From Puniceicoccales bacterium (GTDB taxonomy: Bacteria; Verrucomicrobiota; Verrucomicrobiia; Opitutales; JAIRLM01), in NCBI GenBank assembly GCA_031282835.1, contig JAITCU010000020.1, positions 15,805 through 79,804 of the forward strand: a DNA stretch of 64,000 bases. Reading direction: 5' to 3'. The position numbers were made by a program, and so were the translations under genes. This document shows, piece by piece, positions 28,560 to 39,924 of this stretch. The notes beneath the pieces are model-generated. The model saw only the letters and a program-made list of their open reading frames with translations, had not been told where the DNA came from and made no database searches. Every line of letters begins with the position of its first letter. The stretch's first letter is position 1.

Positions 28560-29363
28560 TTGGATATGAGGCAATATCTCATCCTATTGGAGGACGTTTT
28601 AAAAAATGGCGAGCCTTGCCACGATCGCACGGGCATTGGGACCCTGTGCCGGTTTGGGGCGCAAATGCGCTTTGATTTGCGCGAAGGGTTTCCGCTTCTG
28701 ACGACAAAAAAGGTGCACGTGAAGTCCGTGGTCCATGAGTTGCTCTGGTTCCTCAAGGGTTCCACTAACGTCAAATACTTGCAGGAACACGGGGTTCGCA
28801 TTTGGAACGAGTGGGCGGATGCGAATGGCGAATTGGGCCCAATATATGGAAAACAGTGGCGTTCGTGGCGTTGTACCGATGGGCGGACCGTTGACCAAAT
28901 CGCTGAGTTGATCCAAAATATTAAAAAGAATCCCCTGAGCCGGCGGCATGTAATTTCCGCGTGGAATGTGGGAGACATCGCCTCCATGGCGCTTCCCCCA
29001 TGTCACATACTCTTTCAATTCCACATTTCCGAAAAAGGCGAACTGCGTTGCCAGCTTTACCAGCGGAGCGGGGATTTATTCTTGGGGGTGCCGTTCAACA
29101 TCGCCAGTTATGCGCTGCTAACGCATATGGTTGCGCACGTGTGCGGGTTGCGGCCGCGGGAATTTATCCACGTGCTCGGGGACTACCACATCTACACAAA
29201 TCACCTGGAGCAGGTGCGGGAACAGTTGACGCGAGCGCCAAAGTCGCTCCCCCAGTTAAAAATTGCCGATCGCGGGCAGTCCATAGACACTTTTGCGTAC
29301 GAAGACTTTGAGTTCAGTGACTACGCCCCACACCCCACCATCCGCGGAGAGGTAGCCGTTTAG
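28560..29363 (+). CDS. thyA: thymidylate synthase (ThyA type)
   Basis: [25 protein letters not shown], the catalytic context [13 protein letters not shown], and [16 protein letters not shown]. Confidence 0.95.
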   Translation: MDMRQYLILLEDVLKNGEPCHDRTGIGTLCRFGAQMRFDLREGFPLLTTKKVHVKSVVHELLWFLKGSTNVKYLQEHGVRIWNEWADANGELGPIYGKQWRSWRCTDGRTVDQIAELIQNIKKNPLSRRHVISAWNVGDIASMALPPCHILFQFHISEKGELRCQLYQRSGDLFLGVPFNIASYALLTHMVAHVCGLRPREFIHVLGDYHIYTNHLEQVREQLTRAPKSLPQLKIADRGQSIDTFAYEDFEFSDYAPHPTIRGEVAV

Positions 29364-29417
29364 GCCCCGGGGGAACTCCAAATTTTTCCCAGTCCCCATG
29401 TCTGCGGAGATAACTTC

Positions 29418-30074
29418 TCACTTGGCATCGCGGGTTGTATCACTTCGTTTGAGGTAGTTTTTGTCGAGATCTTTGCTATTAAGGACTGTCCGCTCCTTGC
29501 GGACGTCCTCGTCTTCCGGGGGAGCCTCGGTGGCAATGTAACTTTCCATGACGCTAATTCCGTAGGAGTCCTTGCCCTTGAGGACAAAGCTTCCAGTGGA
29601 TAGGTTACCATCATCAAGTTTGGCATCTAATTTTTCCATCTCTTTCATGGAACGGTCTGGGTTCGTTACAACGATTTCCGTTAGGATCCTGCCGTCTCCG
29701 CGCTGTGTTTGCTGAATGTGCCAATTCCCGTTGATGGCTGTTTTTGCGATTTCGGGTACAACGGCTCCCGCATGCGCCCCTTCGACGGGGGACAGGTTAT
29801 GCTCCGTGTCACCTTCGGCCAGCTGCGTGAACGCTTCTTGGATTAACGCCACATCCCGTAAAAATCGTTGGTCTTCTCGGCGTTTCCATCCGTTCTTAAC
29901 CGTTGCAGCTCCCCATAAAACAACGGCAATAAAAACAACGAGCACGCCGCCGAATATGTAAACCTGCCGCCGTGTCCGCCGCCGTGCGCCGTCATTCGCC
30001 GCTCCGTCCGCCAGATCCGCTTCCGCGTTTTTCACGTCACCCTTGCCCATAATGAAGGCATTATGGAATGCCAA
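29418..30074 (-). CDS. hypothetical single-pass membrane protein
   Basis: 218-aa ORF with a basic stretch RRRTRRQ followed by the TM VYIFGGVLVVFIAVVLWGAA. No motif recognised. Confidence 0.55.
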   Translation of the reverse strand: MAFHNAFIMGKGDVKNAEADLADGAANDGARRRTRRQVYIFGGVLVVFIAVVLWGAATVKNGWKRREDQRFLRDVALIQEAFTQLAEGDTEHNLSPVEGAHAGAVVPEIAKTAINGNWHIQQTQRGDGRILTEIVVTNPDRSMKEMEKLDAKLDDGNLSTGSFVLKGKDSYGISVMESYIATEAPPEDEDVRKERTVLNSKDLDKNYLKRSDTTRDAK

Positions 30075-30098
30075 ATTCGAGATGCAAGAGGAAAAATA

Positions 30099-31277
30099 TC
30101 AGGTTGAAAGCCATTTAACCGCATTGCATACTCCGGCTTGAAAGCATTGTCGTAATTCGGCGGATACGGCGTTGAACTCCGAGCGTGCGTTGATGAGCAT
30201 AAGCAGTTGGCGCGCAATAACATCAGCCCGAGCCGCTCCTTGGATGTATTCCCGATAACATTCATAACCCAGGATGATATTTGCCAGGGCGAGAAATGGA
30301 ATTTTTATCAATTGCTGTCCGATCCAATGAGTCAGCGGACTGGTTTTGTAGATTACTACGCCGGGAATGCCCTCCAGGGCACACTGGAAAGACATGGTTC
30401 CAGAGCTTACGAGGGCCAGCCGTCCTCCGATGGGATTTTTGCGTGCCTCGTCCATGGGAATCAGTTGAATTTTGGGGGAAATTTTGGGGAATTTTCGCAA
30501 TTCCGCCTCCAGAAGTTCACGAATAGTTTCCGTGGGGTGAATGCAAACGGCGGACCAGTCGTCGCTTTTTTGCATTTCGGCGAATGCCTCCAGCATAGTC
30601 GGAAAAATACACCGAATATTTTGCCGCCGGCTGCCTGGGAGGAGGAAGATCGTTTGGTTTTTTTCGTAATGGATGGGACTTTTATGGTCTGGTGCCAGGA
30701 AGGGATGGCCTGTGAAAGTTACGGGCAGGGTGGTATCCGCGAAAACTTTGCTCTCAAATGGAAACAGGACGGCCAATGCGTCCAAGTCTTTTGCCATGGC
30801 AAAGCGGCGACTGGCTTTCCACGCCCACACCTGCGGCGCGACGTAGTAATAGAGCGAAACCGTCCCGCCACCCTTTAGGGAAATTTTTCGTTCACACAGG
30901 GCGCGAGCGACGCGCAAATGAAGTGCAGGGGAATCAATGAGGCAAATTCGTTTGGGGCGGTGGTTGTCTATCCACCGGATGACGTCCTGGTAATACTTAT
31001 AAAAAAAGCGCCCGTTGCGCAAGACTTCCCAAAATCCTAGAGCCGCATGCTCGGTGAGATCAAAGAGAAAATGAGGTGCTACCCGGGCCATATTGCGTCC
31101 GCCAATGGCGTAGATTTTTTCCCGAGGCCGTATTTTCAGAAGTCCTTCGATGAGTCGCGCCCCTAGCTCATCCCCAGAACACTCCGCCGCCATGAGCAAC
31201 AGGTCGACATCTCCTTGTGCCGGCGGGATTAACGGGATCGTGGAACTCACACATGGAATAACGGGTAAAAGTGGCAT
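30099..31277 (-). CDS. lpxB: lipid-A-disaccharide synthase
   Basis: The N-terminal AAECSGDELGARLIEGLL matches the LpxB AGE.SGD signature. Start set at Met 31277 to give ~392 aa; the longer ORF-track start (31409) would overlap divergent mpl. The start is uncertain. Confidence 0.8.
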   Translation of the reverse strand: MPLLPVIPCVSSTIPLIPPAQGDVDLLLMAAECSGDELGARLIEGLLKIRPREKIYAIGGRNMARVAPHFLFDLTEHAALGFWEVLRNGRFFYKYYQDVIRWIDNHRPKRICLIDSPALHLRVARALCERKISLKGGGTVSLYYYVAPQVWAWKASRRFAMAKDLDALAVLFPFESKVFADTTLPVTFTGHPFLAPDHKSPIHYEKNQTIFLLPGSRRQNIRCIFPTMLEAFAEMQKSDDWSAVCIHPTETIRELLEAELRKFPKISPKIQLIPMDEARKNPIGGRLALVSSGTMSFQCALEGIPGVVIYKTSPLTHWIGQQLIKIPFLALANIILGYECYREYIQGAARADVIARQLLMLINARSEFNAVSAELRQCFQAGVCNAVKWLST

Positions 31278-31323
31278 TAGCGCAATCCTATTGAGGCCGG
31301 ATTTGGGAACTCGACTTTCGCCG

Positions 31324-32805
31324 ATGGATTCTTGGAAATCGTCTGTGCAGCAAGATAATAAACGTGAACGTTTATATTTTTTAGCTATCGGCGGCGTGGC
31401 CATGGGCAATGTGGCGCTTTTGGCAAAGCGGCTGGGATACGAGGTTAGTGGCTGTGATCATAAGCTTTATCCGCCCATGGACCAGTTGTTGGGCGCAAGT
31501 GGCATTCCACTTGTGGAGGAATTTTCCCTGGAACATCTGATAAATTTTGTTCCACAGCGCGTTATTATTGGCAATGCCGTTGCCCGGGGAAATGCTGTGT
31601 TGGAGTATCTCCTTGAACGGGAGCGCCATCGTATGGTGTCGCTGCCAGAATTTTTTTCCCGGGATTTGGTAAAGGCTCGGAAACGCATTGTAATAAGCGG
31701 TACCCACGGGAAAACCACAACGGCTGCGCTGGCGGCATTTTACATGCGGCAAATGGGCGTACCTGGCGGATATTTTATTGGTGGCATTCCTAAGAATTTG
31801 CCGGGCGGTGTGGACCTGGGCGATGGTGCGGCTCCGTTCGTTTTTGAAGGGGATGAGTACGATTGTGCGTTCTTTGATAAGCGGAGCAAGTTTATTCATT
31901 ATTTGCCCGATACAGTTGTGATTAATCGCATCGATTTCGACCATGGGGATATTTTTCGCGATATCGGTGCCGTACAACGTAGTTTTTCTCATTTGCTGCG
32001 GCTCGTGCCGAACAGCGGTCATGTAATTGTCAACGGTGAGGACCCTAACATTGGCGCCATTTTGCCCGTGCCGTGGACGACCGTCCATCGGGTGGGATGG
32101 AAAAAGGAAAATGACTTTTCCCTGCAAAATTTTTCCATGGACCGGGGCGGTAGCAGGTGGGAGGTGGTACACGAGGGCGGGGCCTTTTGTGTGCAAACGG
32201 GTCTCCACGGGCGATTTAATGCCATGAATGCTACGATGGCCATTCTGGCGAACCACCTCACGCTGAATTTGCCTTTTCCCAAAGAAATTGATCTCCGGGA
32301 TTACGAAGGTGTGTGCCGGCGACAGGAAAAGTTGGTTGAAAATAGCGGTCTGGTTGTAATCGAAGACTTTGGCCACCATCCCCGGGCGGTTGCGGAAGTG
32401 CTTGCATCCCTGCGAGCACAGTACCCACATGATGAGCTTATTGCCTGCTTTGAGCCCGCCACTAACACTTCCATGTACCGCATGTGGGAGGAGGATTACG
32501 TCAGGGCATTTTCTGCCTGTGACCGCTGTTTCTGGGGCGTGCCGAGGAATATGGCTGGAGTTCCCTCGGAAAAGCGTTTGCGCGTTGATCGGCTCATGGG
32601 CGCGCTTTCCCAGAGCATTGGAGAAGCACGGCATTTTAGTGAAAACAAACTCCTGCTTGATCATCTGTTAGAGACACTCCAGGAAAATCCCAGCGGGAAA
32701 CGGCATGTGGTCGTACTTTTTTCCAGTGGCGCGTTTCCCGACGTACTCCCCTATTGGCGCTTGCGGGCCGGCCACGGCGCAAACGACAAGGAAGCGAGTT
32801 TATAG
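31324..32805 (+). CDS. mpl: UDP-N-acetylmuramate:L-alanyl-gamma-D-glutamyl-meso-DAP ligase (Mpl) / MurC-family ligase
   Basis: Start moved to MDSWKS (31324). N-terminal AIGGVAMGNVALLAKRLGYEVSGCD and the P-loop ISGTHGKTTT. Mpl versus MurC cannot be fully resolved by eye. Confidence 0.7.
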   Translation: MDSWKSSVQQDNKRERLYFLAIGGVAMGNVALLAKRLGYEVSGCDHKLYPPMDQLLGASGIPLVEEFSLEHLINFVPQRVIIGNAVARGNAVLEYLLERERHRMVSLPEFFSRDLVKARKRIVISGTHGKTTTAALAAFYMRQMGVPGGYFIGGIPKNLPGGVDLGDGAAPFVFEGDEYDCAFFDKRSKFIHYLPDTVVINRIDFDHGDIFRDIGAVQRSFSHLLRLVPNSGHVIVNGEDPNIGAILPVPWTTVHRVGWKKENDFSLQNFSMDRGGSRWEVVHEGGAFCVQTGLHGRFNAMNATMAILANHLTLNLPFPKEIDLRDYEGVCRRQEKLVENSGLVVIEDFGHHPRAVAEVLASLRAQYPHDELIACFEPATNTSMYRMWEEDYVRAFSACDRCFWGVPRNMAGVPSEKRLRVDRLMGALSQSIGEARHFSENKLLLDHLLETLQENPSGKRHVVVLFSSGAFPDVLPYWRLRAGHGANDKEASL

Positions 32806-32884
32806 TCAAGCCTGCGAAAGATTTATATACAAATCCAATGAACATTAAAATATTCACGAAAAATTTTCTTAGATACAATGCCAT

Positions 32885-33007
32885 AATTTAAAAGTCCAGT
32901 ACTGTTGTTGTCTTCGGCTCACTTGCCGAAATAATAACCCGTCATTTGTTTTTTTGTTAATTAGTTCCCATTGCTTCTCCAATCAGATAAGCTAGCTCAT
33001 TTTCTAT
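32885..33007 (-). promoter_or_regulatory. conserved leader, cassette C3
   Basis: GAGCTAGCTTATCTGAT, AATGGGAACTAATTAACAAAAAAA, and GTTATTATTTCGGCAAGTGAGCCGAAGAC with the stem-loop TTCGGC/GCCGAA (32913-32930). It ends in ATGGCATTG at 32884. Confidence 0.4.
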
Positions 33008-33193
33008 TTAGGGAGATATTCTCCAGGTGGCTTTCGCAGTTGGCAGCGGGCTGGCCCGTCCTAAAAACGCAGGAAATTCCCAAGAAAATGGGGGTTCCAG
33101 TTTGAAGCCAGGTGTCAGTTCTGAGACTGGTAACGTTTGCAATTTGCAATCATCATTAAAAATATCTGTCGTAGCTGTGGCGGTACTTTTCAT
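33008..33193 (-). CDS. cassette small protein, 61 aa (C3)
   Basis: MKSTATATTDIFNDDCKLQTLPVSELTPGFKLEPPFSWEFPAFLGRASPLPTAKATWRISP. SD AAAGGAGAA upstream. Paralog of the C2 ORF. Confidence 0.5.
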   Translation of the reverse strand: MKSTATATTDIFNDDCKLQTLPVSELTPGFKLEPPFSWEFPAFLGRASPLPTAKATWRISP

Positions 33194-33257
33194 ATTGAAT
33201 CTTCTCCTTTGAACTCGAATTCACAGACCATATTGCTGGAGAATAGGCGTTTGTCAA
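33194..33257 (-). promoter_or_regulatory. cassette C3 promoter/operator
   Basis: TTGACA(33257-33252), 19 nt, TATGGT, CTGT, GAATTCGAGTTC (33222-33211), AAAGGAGAAGATTCAAT, then ATG at 33193. Confidence 0.55.
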
Positions 33258-33829
33258 TCAACTTTTGAAAATTGTGAATATTTTTTGGGAAATCCCGCTT
33301 TATCCGGGGCCCGAGTCTGTCGGGATGGTTAAGAAATGCGCGCAGCACTTCAGGGGCCCACGTTCAACGGCGTTTGATATTTACTGGCTAGGGCGCGTTG
33401 ATTTTGAAAAAGGCAAAAAATTTTCTCTTTGCGTATTTAATACTCCTAGAAGTTGCTTCCCCAGATTTTCATCGCCACGGGGAGATGGATGCGCGTGTGT
33501 GCCCGACTGCGTGATGATTGAATGCCCCTTATACCCCCCAATGGAAGAAGTCTATGGCAAGAAATTTCTCACGGAAGTAGATTTTGGGTTGTTTCGTCTA
33601 GCATGGAGTTCGGATTTTGCAACGGCGGTTTCAACTTCCGCAAAAGCAGTGGGGTCCTTGGGAAGTACGTTAGCCTTTTAAGGCTACGGAAACTTTGACC
33701 GAGAAATTTCCGCGATCTCGACCTCCCAATCGGATTTCTTGGCCAACCGTGCCGCAGGTTGAGCCGTTTGCGTTTCGCATTTTACGGGCCCCCGGCCGCA
33801 TATACGGGGAGAAGCCTTTTCACGGGGGC

Positions 33830-33853
33830 GGACCTTGGCAAATTCCAAGGTCC
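33830..33853 (-). terminator. stem-loop just after the groEL stop
   Basis: GGACCTTGG-AATTTG-CCAAGGTCC (9-bp perfect stem) starts 13 nt after the stop. No U-run follows, so its terminator function is uncertain. Confidence 0.4.
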
Positions 33854-33865
33854 GTATTTCGAAAC

Positions 33866-35527
<1,662 letters not shown>

Positions 35528-35539
35528 TTATCCATCTCC

Positions 35540-35857
35540 TTAAAGAATCGCCAGAATGTCATTCTGGCGGACGATGAGATATTCCACCCCATCCATTTTG
35601 ATTTCATTGCCGCCGTAACGATTGATAAGGACCCGATCGCCGACTTTGACCTCGAAGGTCACCTTCTTATCCTTGCAGCAATCGTCCTTGCATTCGCACA
35701 CATTCCCCGTGCCCAGGGCAATGACCTCCGCTTCCTGGGACTGCTCCTTCGCCGTGTCCGGGATAACGATACCGCCCTTGACCTGCTCAGCGTCCTTCCG
35801 CCGCTTGACCAACACTCGGTCACCTAACGGTTTAATATTTATATTCGACTTACTCAT
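35540..35857 (-). CDS. groES: co-chaperonin GroES
   Basis: 105 aa with [12 protein letters not shown] at the N-terminus. It carries an unusual Cys-rich insertion ([15 protein letters not shown]). Confidence 0.9.
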   Translation of the reverse strand: MSKSNINIKPLGDRVLVKRRKDAEQVKGGIVIPDTAKEQSQEAEVIALGTGNVCECKDDCCKDKKVTFEVKVGDRVLINRYGGNEIKMDGVEYLIVRQNDILAIL

Positions 35858-36009
35858 AATACATCTCCTTTCGGTTGGAAATTCCTAACCCTCGATGGGG
35901 CTTAAGCACCTCCGCAGAGGGTAACGGCCCCTTATGGGTTCATTTTCTTCGCTTGGCAAATTTTTTTGAACCTTTCCTATGCCAAGTTAACCTCCCGATT
36001 TTTATTCGG

Positions 36010-37974
36010 TTACTTCTTGTCGTTGACCACTTCGAAGTCCGCGTCGACGACCTTCTCGCCCCCAGGGGCCGCACCCGTCCCCGGGGGGGGCGGTGGAGGT
36101 GCGCCAGCGGCGTTTTCGCTACCCGGTGGCGGCGATTGGGCATACATCTTCTGTGCTGCCGCTTGGAACTGTTTCATCAGCGCCTCTCGAGCCCGATTCA
36201 TCTCTTCCGTGGATGCCCCCGCGTTTTCGAAGACCTTTTTGGCTTCATCGAGGATGCTCTGAATGCCTTTGCGGTCGTCATCGGAGAACTTGTCCTTGAG
36301 TTCCTCCAGCTGCTTCCCGGTTTGATAAATTGTCGAATCCAACTGATTGCGCGCCTCGGCCTTATCTTTTCGTTCCTTGTCTGCCGCCGCGTACATTTCG
36401 GCATCTCTCTGCAACCGCTCCACTTCCGACTTGTCCAGTCCGGATCCGCCGCTGATGGTGATGGTCTGCTCTTTTCCGCTACCCTTATCCCGCGCGGTGA
36501 CGTGCAGGATGCCGTTGGCGTCAATGTCAAACGTTACCTCGATTTGCGGAACCCCACGCGGGGCCATTGGAATGCCTTCCAAGCGAAAGTTTCCCAGGCT
36601 TTTGTTATCGCAGGCCATTGGGCGCTCGCCCTGGAGGATGTGGACGTCCACACCGGTCTGACCATCCGCGTAGGTGGTAAAGGTCTGCGTTTTCTTGGTC
36701 GGAATGGTGGTGTTGCGCTCGATCATGGGCGTGGAAATTCCGCCCGCCGTTTCGATGCCCAGCGTCAGCGGAGTTACGTCCAGTAGCAAAATGCTTCCGA
36801 CACCCGCATCGCCCTGCAGTACGCCGCCCTGGATTGCGGCCCCGATGGCAACCACTTCATCCGGGTTGACCCCTTGGTTGGGTGTTTTACCGGTGAGCGT
36901 CCGCGCCGTCTCAATTACCTGCGGGTTGCGGGTCATGCCGCCTACAAGTACTAACTCATTGATGCTGCTTGATTTAATTTCCGCGTCCTTGAGGCAGGCT
37001 TCGAAAGGCGGCACGGTGCGCTTCACCAGGTGCTCACAGATGCGTTCTAACTCCGAACGGCGCAATTTGACATTTAGATGCTTTGGGCCAGAGGCGTCTG
37101 CCGTGATAAATGGCAAGTTGATATCCGTTTCCTGCGCTGAGGACAGGGCAATTTTGGCCTTTTCACCCTCTTCCTTAAGCCGCTGCAGGGCCATGGGGTC
37201 CTTGCGCAGGTCAATGCCATTGTCCTGTTGGAACTGATCCGCCAGCCATTTGATGATGGCTTCATCCCAGTCGTCACCGCCCAGTTGCGTGTCCCCGTTG
37301 GTGGCCTTTACCTCAAAGACGCTATCGCCGATTTCGAGGATAGAAATGTCGAAGGTGCCGCCACCCAAGTCGTAGACGGCAATTTTTTCCTCCTTTTTCT
37401 TGTCCAGTCCATAGGCCAGGGATGCCGCCGTGGGCTCGTTGATGATGCGAAGCACCTCCAATCCAGCGATTTGTCCTGCGTCCTTTGTGGCCTGCCGTTG
37501 TGAATCATTGAAATATGCTGGAACGGTGATGACCGCCCTGGTAATGGGCTCGCCCAGGTATTTTTCCGCATCCGCCTTCAGCTTGGCCAGAATCATGGAG
37601 GAGATTTCCTCTGGCGAGAAACGCTTAGTCTCACCGTTCACACTAACTTCCACCCAGGCATCGCCGTTTTTCCCCGCGACAACCGTGTATGGGAACTTCC
37701 TCGATTCTCGGTCGATTTCCTCCTTTTTCCTCCCGATGAGTCGCTTAATGGAAAAAATGGTATTTTGTGGGTTCGTGATCGCCTGCCGTTTGGCTGCCTG
37801 CCCCACCAACCGCTCGCCGTTTTTGGTAAACGCTACGATCGATGGCGTTGTCCGAGCTCCCTCCGCGTTGGGGATGACCACCGCTTTCCCGCCCTCCATA
37901 ACCGCCATGCACGAATTGGTCGTCCCCAGATCGATTCCTAAAATCTTCGTCCGCTTTGTATCCTGTGCTGCCAT
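36010..37974 (-). CDS. dnaK: molecular chaperone DnaK
   Basis: 654 aa. [25 protein letters not shown], and a Pro/Gly-rich C-terminus ending [11 protein letters not shown]. Confidence 0.97.
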   Translation of the reverse strand: MAAQDTKRTKILGIDLGTTNSCMAVMEGGKAVVIPNAEGARTTPSIVAFTKNGERLVGQAAKRQAITNPQNTIFSIKRLIGRKKEEIDRESRKFPYTVVAGKNGDAWVEVSVNGETKRFSPEEISSMILAKLKADAEKYLGEPITRAVITVPAYFNDSQRQATKDAGQIAGLEVLRIINEPTAASLAYGLDKKKEEKIAVYDLGGGTFDISILEIGDSVFEVKATNGDTQLGGDDWDEAIIKWLADQFQQDNGIDLRKDPMALQRLKEEGEKAKIALSSAQETDINLPFITADASGPKHLNVKLRRSELERICEHLVKRTVPPFEACLKDAEIKSSSINELVLVGGMTRNPQVIETARTLTGKTPNQGVNPDEVVAIGAAIQGGVLQGDAGVGSILLLDVTPLTLGIETAGGISTPMIERNTTIPTKKTQTFTTYADGQTGVDVHILQGERPMACDNKSLGNFRLEGIPMAPRGVPQIEVTFDIDANGILHVTARDKGSGKEQTITISGGSGLDKSEVERLQRDAEMYAAADKERKDKAEARNQLDSTIYQTGKQLEELKDKFSDDDRKGIQSILDEAKKVFENAGASTEEMNRAREALMKQFQAAAQKMYAQSPPPGSENAAGAPPPPPPGTGAAPGGEKVVDADFEVVNDKK

Positions 37975-38121
37975 AGTGCCCTTTACTTAGCAATTTGCCG
38001 ACCAAATCGTCCGTTTTTTTGCCGAAAACTCCTTAGGCCGCGCCAATGGTGACTTTGAGGGAAATGTTTCGTGGAATCGGCGGAAACTTTTCAGGGTCCG
38101 GACCCGCACCAGATGTTCCAT

Positions 38122-38163
38122 TGACACACTATAACGTGCGACAAGTGTGTCATTTGACACACT
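38122..38163. promoter_or_regulatory. inverted-repeat operator candidate in the dnaK/pgi divergent region
   Basis: TGACACACT (38122-38130), 13 nt, AGTGTGTCA (38144-38152), 2 nt, TGACACACT (38155-38163). A perfect 9-bp inverted repeat plus a third half-site, 150-190 nt upstream of dnaK. Confidence 0.45.
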
Positions 38164-38221
38164 AAACGACACTTTTATGTAATGGGGCGGAATGAAATGA
38201 TTTTGAAAATGCATTCCGGAA

Positions 38222-39754
38222 GTGGACAATGAGAACATGGGTTCATTGGCAGATTTTCTCCCCGGGTATATAAAGTTTGATACCATTGGGTTTGCCCTGG
38301 ACAGCAGCAAAATACCCATGGGAAAGGACATTTGGCGGAAACTTTCCCAGCCAACGGTGGCGGCATTTGAGGCCATGGACCGGCTGGAGAGGGGCGCCAT
38401 TGCCAATGAGACGGAGGGACGGCAAGTTGGCCACTATTGGTTGCGGTCACCGGAGCTAGCCCCGGACAAGACGGTGGGCGACGCCATCGGAGCCGTGGTG
38501 CAGCAAATTAAAACCTTTGCCGAAGCCGTCCATGGGGGGCAAATCAATGTCGGAGGCAAAAAATTTACCCATTTGCTTTGCATCGGCATTGGCGGATCCG
38601 CCCTCGGGCCACAGCTAATTGCGGACGCTCTTGGCCTGGAAAATTCGCCACTGGAAATTCTATTCCTCGACAACACGGATCCGGATGGCTTCGCCCGGTG
38701 CTTCAAATCATTGGAATCATACCTGGAAACTACCTTGGTCATTGCCACTTCTAAATCCGGATCAACGCCCGAGCCCAACAACGCGCTGGCGGCGACGACT
38801 GGATTTTTGGCTCAGCGCAAAATTCACTTCCCTTCCCACGCCGTTGCCATCACCTGCGATGGGAGCAAGCTTCACAAACGCGCCCGAAGTGAGGGCTGGT
38901 TGGCCATCTTCCCCATGTGGGACTGGGTTGGCGGCCGAACGAGTGTTACATCCGCGGTTGGCCTGCTGCCGGCAGCGCTCTACGGCATCGACATTGAATC
39001 CTTCTTGGAGGGTGCTGCGGCAATGGATGAACTCACCCGTGCCCGGGAAAACAACCCGGCCATGCGGCTAGCCCAGTGCTGGTATGTGGCGGCCGAAGGC
39101 AAAGGTACCAAGGATATGGTTATTATTCCCTACCGGGACGGGTTGGGGCTTCTTGCTAAATATCTGCAGCAACTTATTATGGAATCTCTGGGGAAGCGTT
39201 TGGACCGGAAGGGCAACGTGGTGTACCAGGGGATTACCGTCTATGGCAACAAGGGCTCAACGGATCAGCACGCCTACGTGCAGCAACTGCGGGATGGCAG
39301 GGATAATTTTTTCGTTACCTTTATTGAAGTTCTCCGAAGCCGGCGGGCCAATGGACGAAATGTGACCAATTTGGCTGAGGCGGCGGATTACCTGGAGGGA
39401 TTTTTGCTCGGCACCCGGGAAGCTCTGAGCGAATGCGGCCGGATGTCCCTAACCATTACCCTCCGGGAACTTACACCATTTTCCATGGGCATGCTCATTG
39501 CCCTGTACGAACGTGCGGTGGGTTTTTACGCGGAACTGATCGATGTAAATGCCTACGACCAGCCGGGCGTGGAAGCGGGGAAAAAGGCGGCTGCGGAAAT
39601 TTTGGTGCTCAAGAAGGAAATTTGTGATTATTTAAGCCAGAATTCCATTCTTCCGGAAAACGCTGATGTGACGGCCATCGCCGAAGCCCTTCATCGGGAG
39701 GAGCGGGGTGAATTGATTCTCAAACTGCTTGAGTTCTTGCGCGCCAATTCCTAG
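38222..39754 (+). CDS. pgi: glucose-6-phosphate isomerase
   Basis: 510 aa with LCIGIGGSALGPQ, SKSGSTPEP and GGRTSVTSAVGLLP motifs. The start is either 38222 or 38237. Confidence 0.9.
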   Translation: MDNENMGSLADFLPGYIKFDTIGFALDSSKIPMGKDIWRKLSQPTVAAFEAMDRLERGAIANETEGRQVGHYWLRSPELAPDKTVGDAIGAVVQQIKTFAEAVHGGQINVGGKKFTHLLCIGIGGSALGPQLIADALGLENSPLEILFLDNTDPDGFARCFKSLESYLETTLVIATSKSGSTPEPNNALAATTGFLAQRKIHFPSHAVAITCDGSKLHKRARSEGWLAIFPMWDWVGGRTSVTSAVGLLPAALYGIDIESFLEGAAAMDELTRARENNPAMRLAQCWYVAAEGKGTKDMVIIPYRDGLGLLAKYLQQLIMESLGKRLDRKGNVVYQGITVYGNKGSTDQHAYVQQLRDGRDNFFVTFIEVLRSRRANGRNVTNLAEAADYLEGFLLGTREALSECGRMSLTITLRELTPFSMGMLIALYERAVGFYAELIDVNAYDQPGVEAGKKAAAEILVLKKEICDYLSQNSILPENADVTAIAEALHREERGELILKLLEFLRANS

Positions 39755-39764
39755 GTATGTGCTC

Positions 39765-39920
39765 ATGTGCGTGCGTATCCTCGGGCTTTGTGCAGTCGTG
39801 GTTCTAAGTCTTTGTAGCGGGTGTCGATCGGAGCGCCCCCCCGATGAGGCGTCTTTGCCCTGGGCTCGCCCATCCAGTTGGGAGGGGAACAATCCCCTTT
39901 CGATGGTAACCCAGCGGTGA
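39765..39920 (+). CDS. possible small lipoprotein (51 aa)
   Basis: MCVRILGLCAVVVLSLCSGC is followed by a Pro/Ser-rich tail. It fills the pgi-rsmI gap. The lipobox is not canonical, so this is a weak call. Confidence 0.35.
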   Translation: MCVRILGLCAVVVLSLCSGCRSERPPDEASLPWARPSSWEGNNPLSMVTQR

Positions 39921-39924
39921 TTCC

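Noticed and set aside
31381-32664. A 427-aa minus-strand ORF, together with similar long ORFs at 12872-13708, 12394-13020, 44894-45817 and 57741-58214.
   Set aside because: All are antisense to, or out of frame with, strongly supported genes (mpl, the pseudouridine synthase, fmt, glmS). Their composition is Arg/His/Pro-rich and not protein-like.
33265-33681. A 138-aa plus-strand ORF (TTG start) downstream of groEL.
   Set aside because: It has an alternative start and no SD, and its composition is odd (Cys/Phe/Pro/Arg-rich with no hydrophobic core pattern). It is kept only as part of the unexplained-region finding.
35858-36009. CIRCE/HrcA operator expected upstream of groES and dnaK.
   Set aside because: I could not find TTAGCACTC-N9-GAGTGCTAA or a close variant. 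Only a weak hairpin (GGGGC...GCCCC) lies between dnaK and groES.
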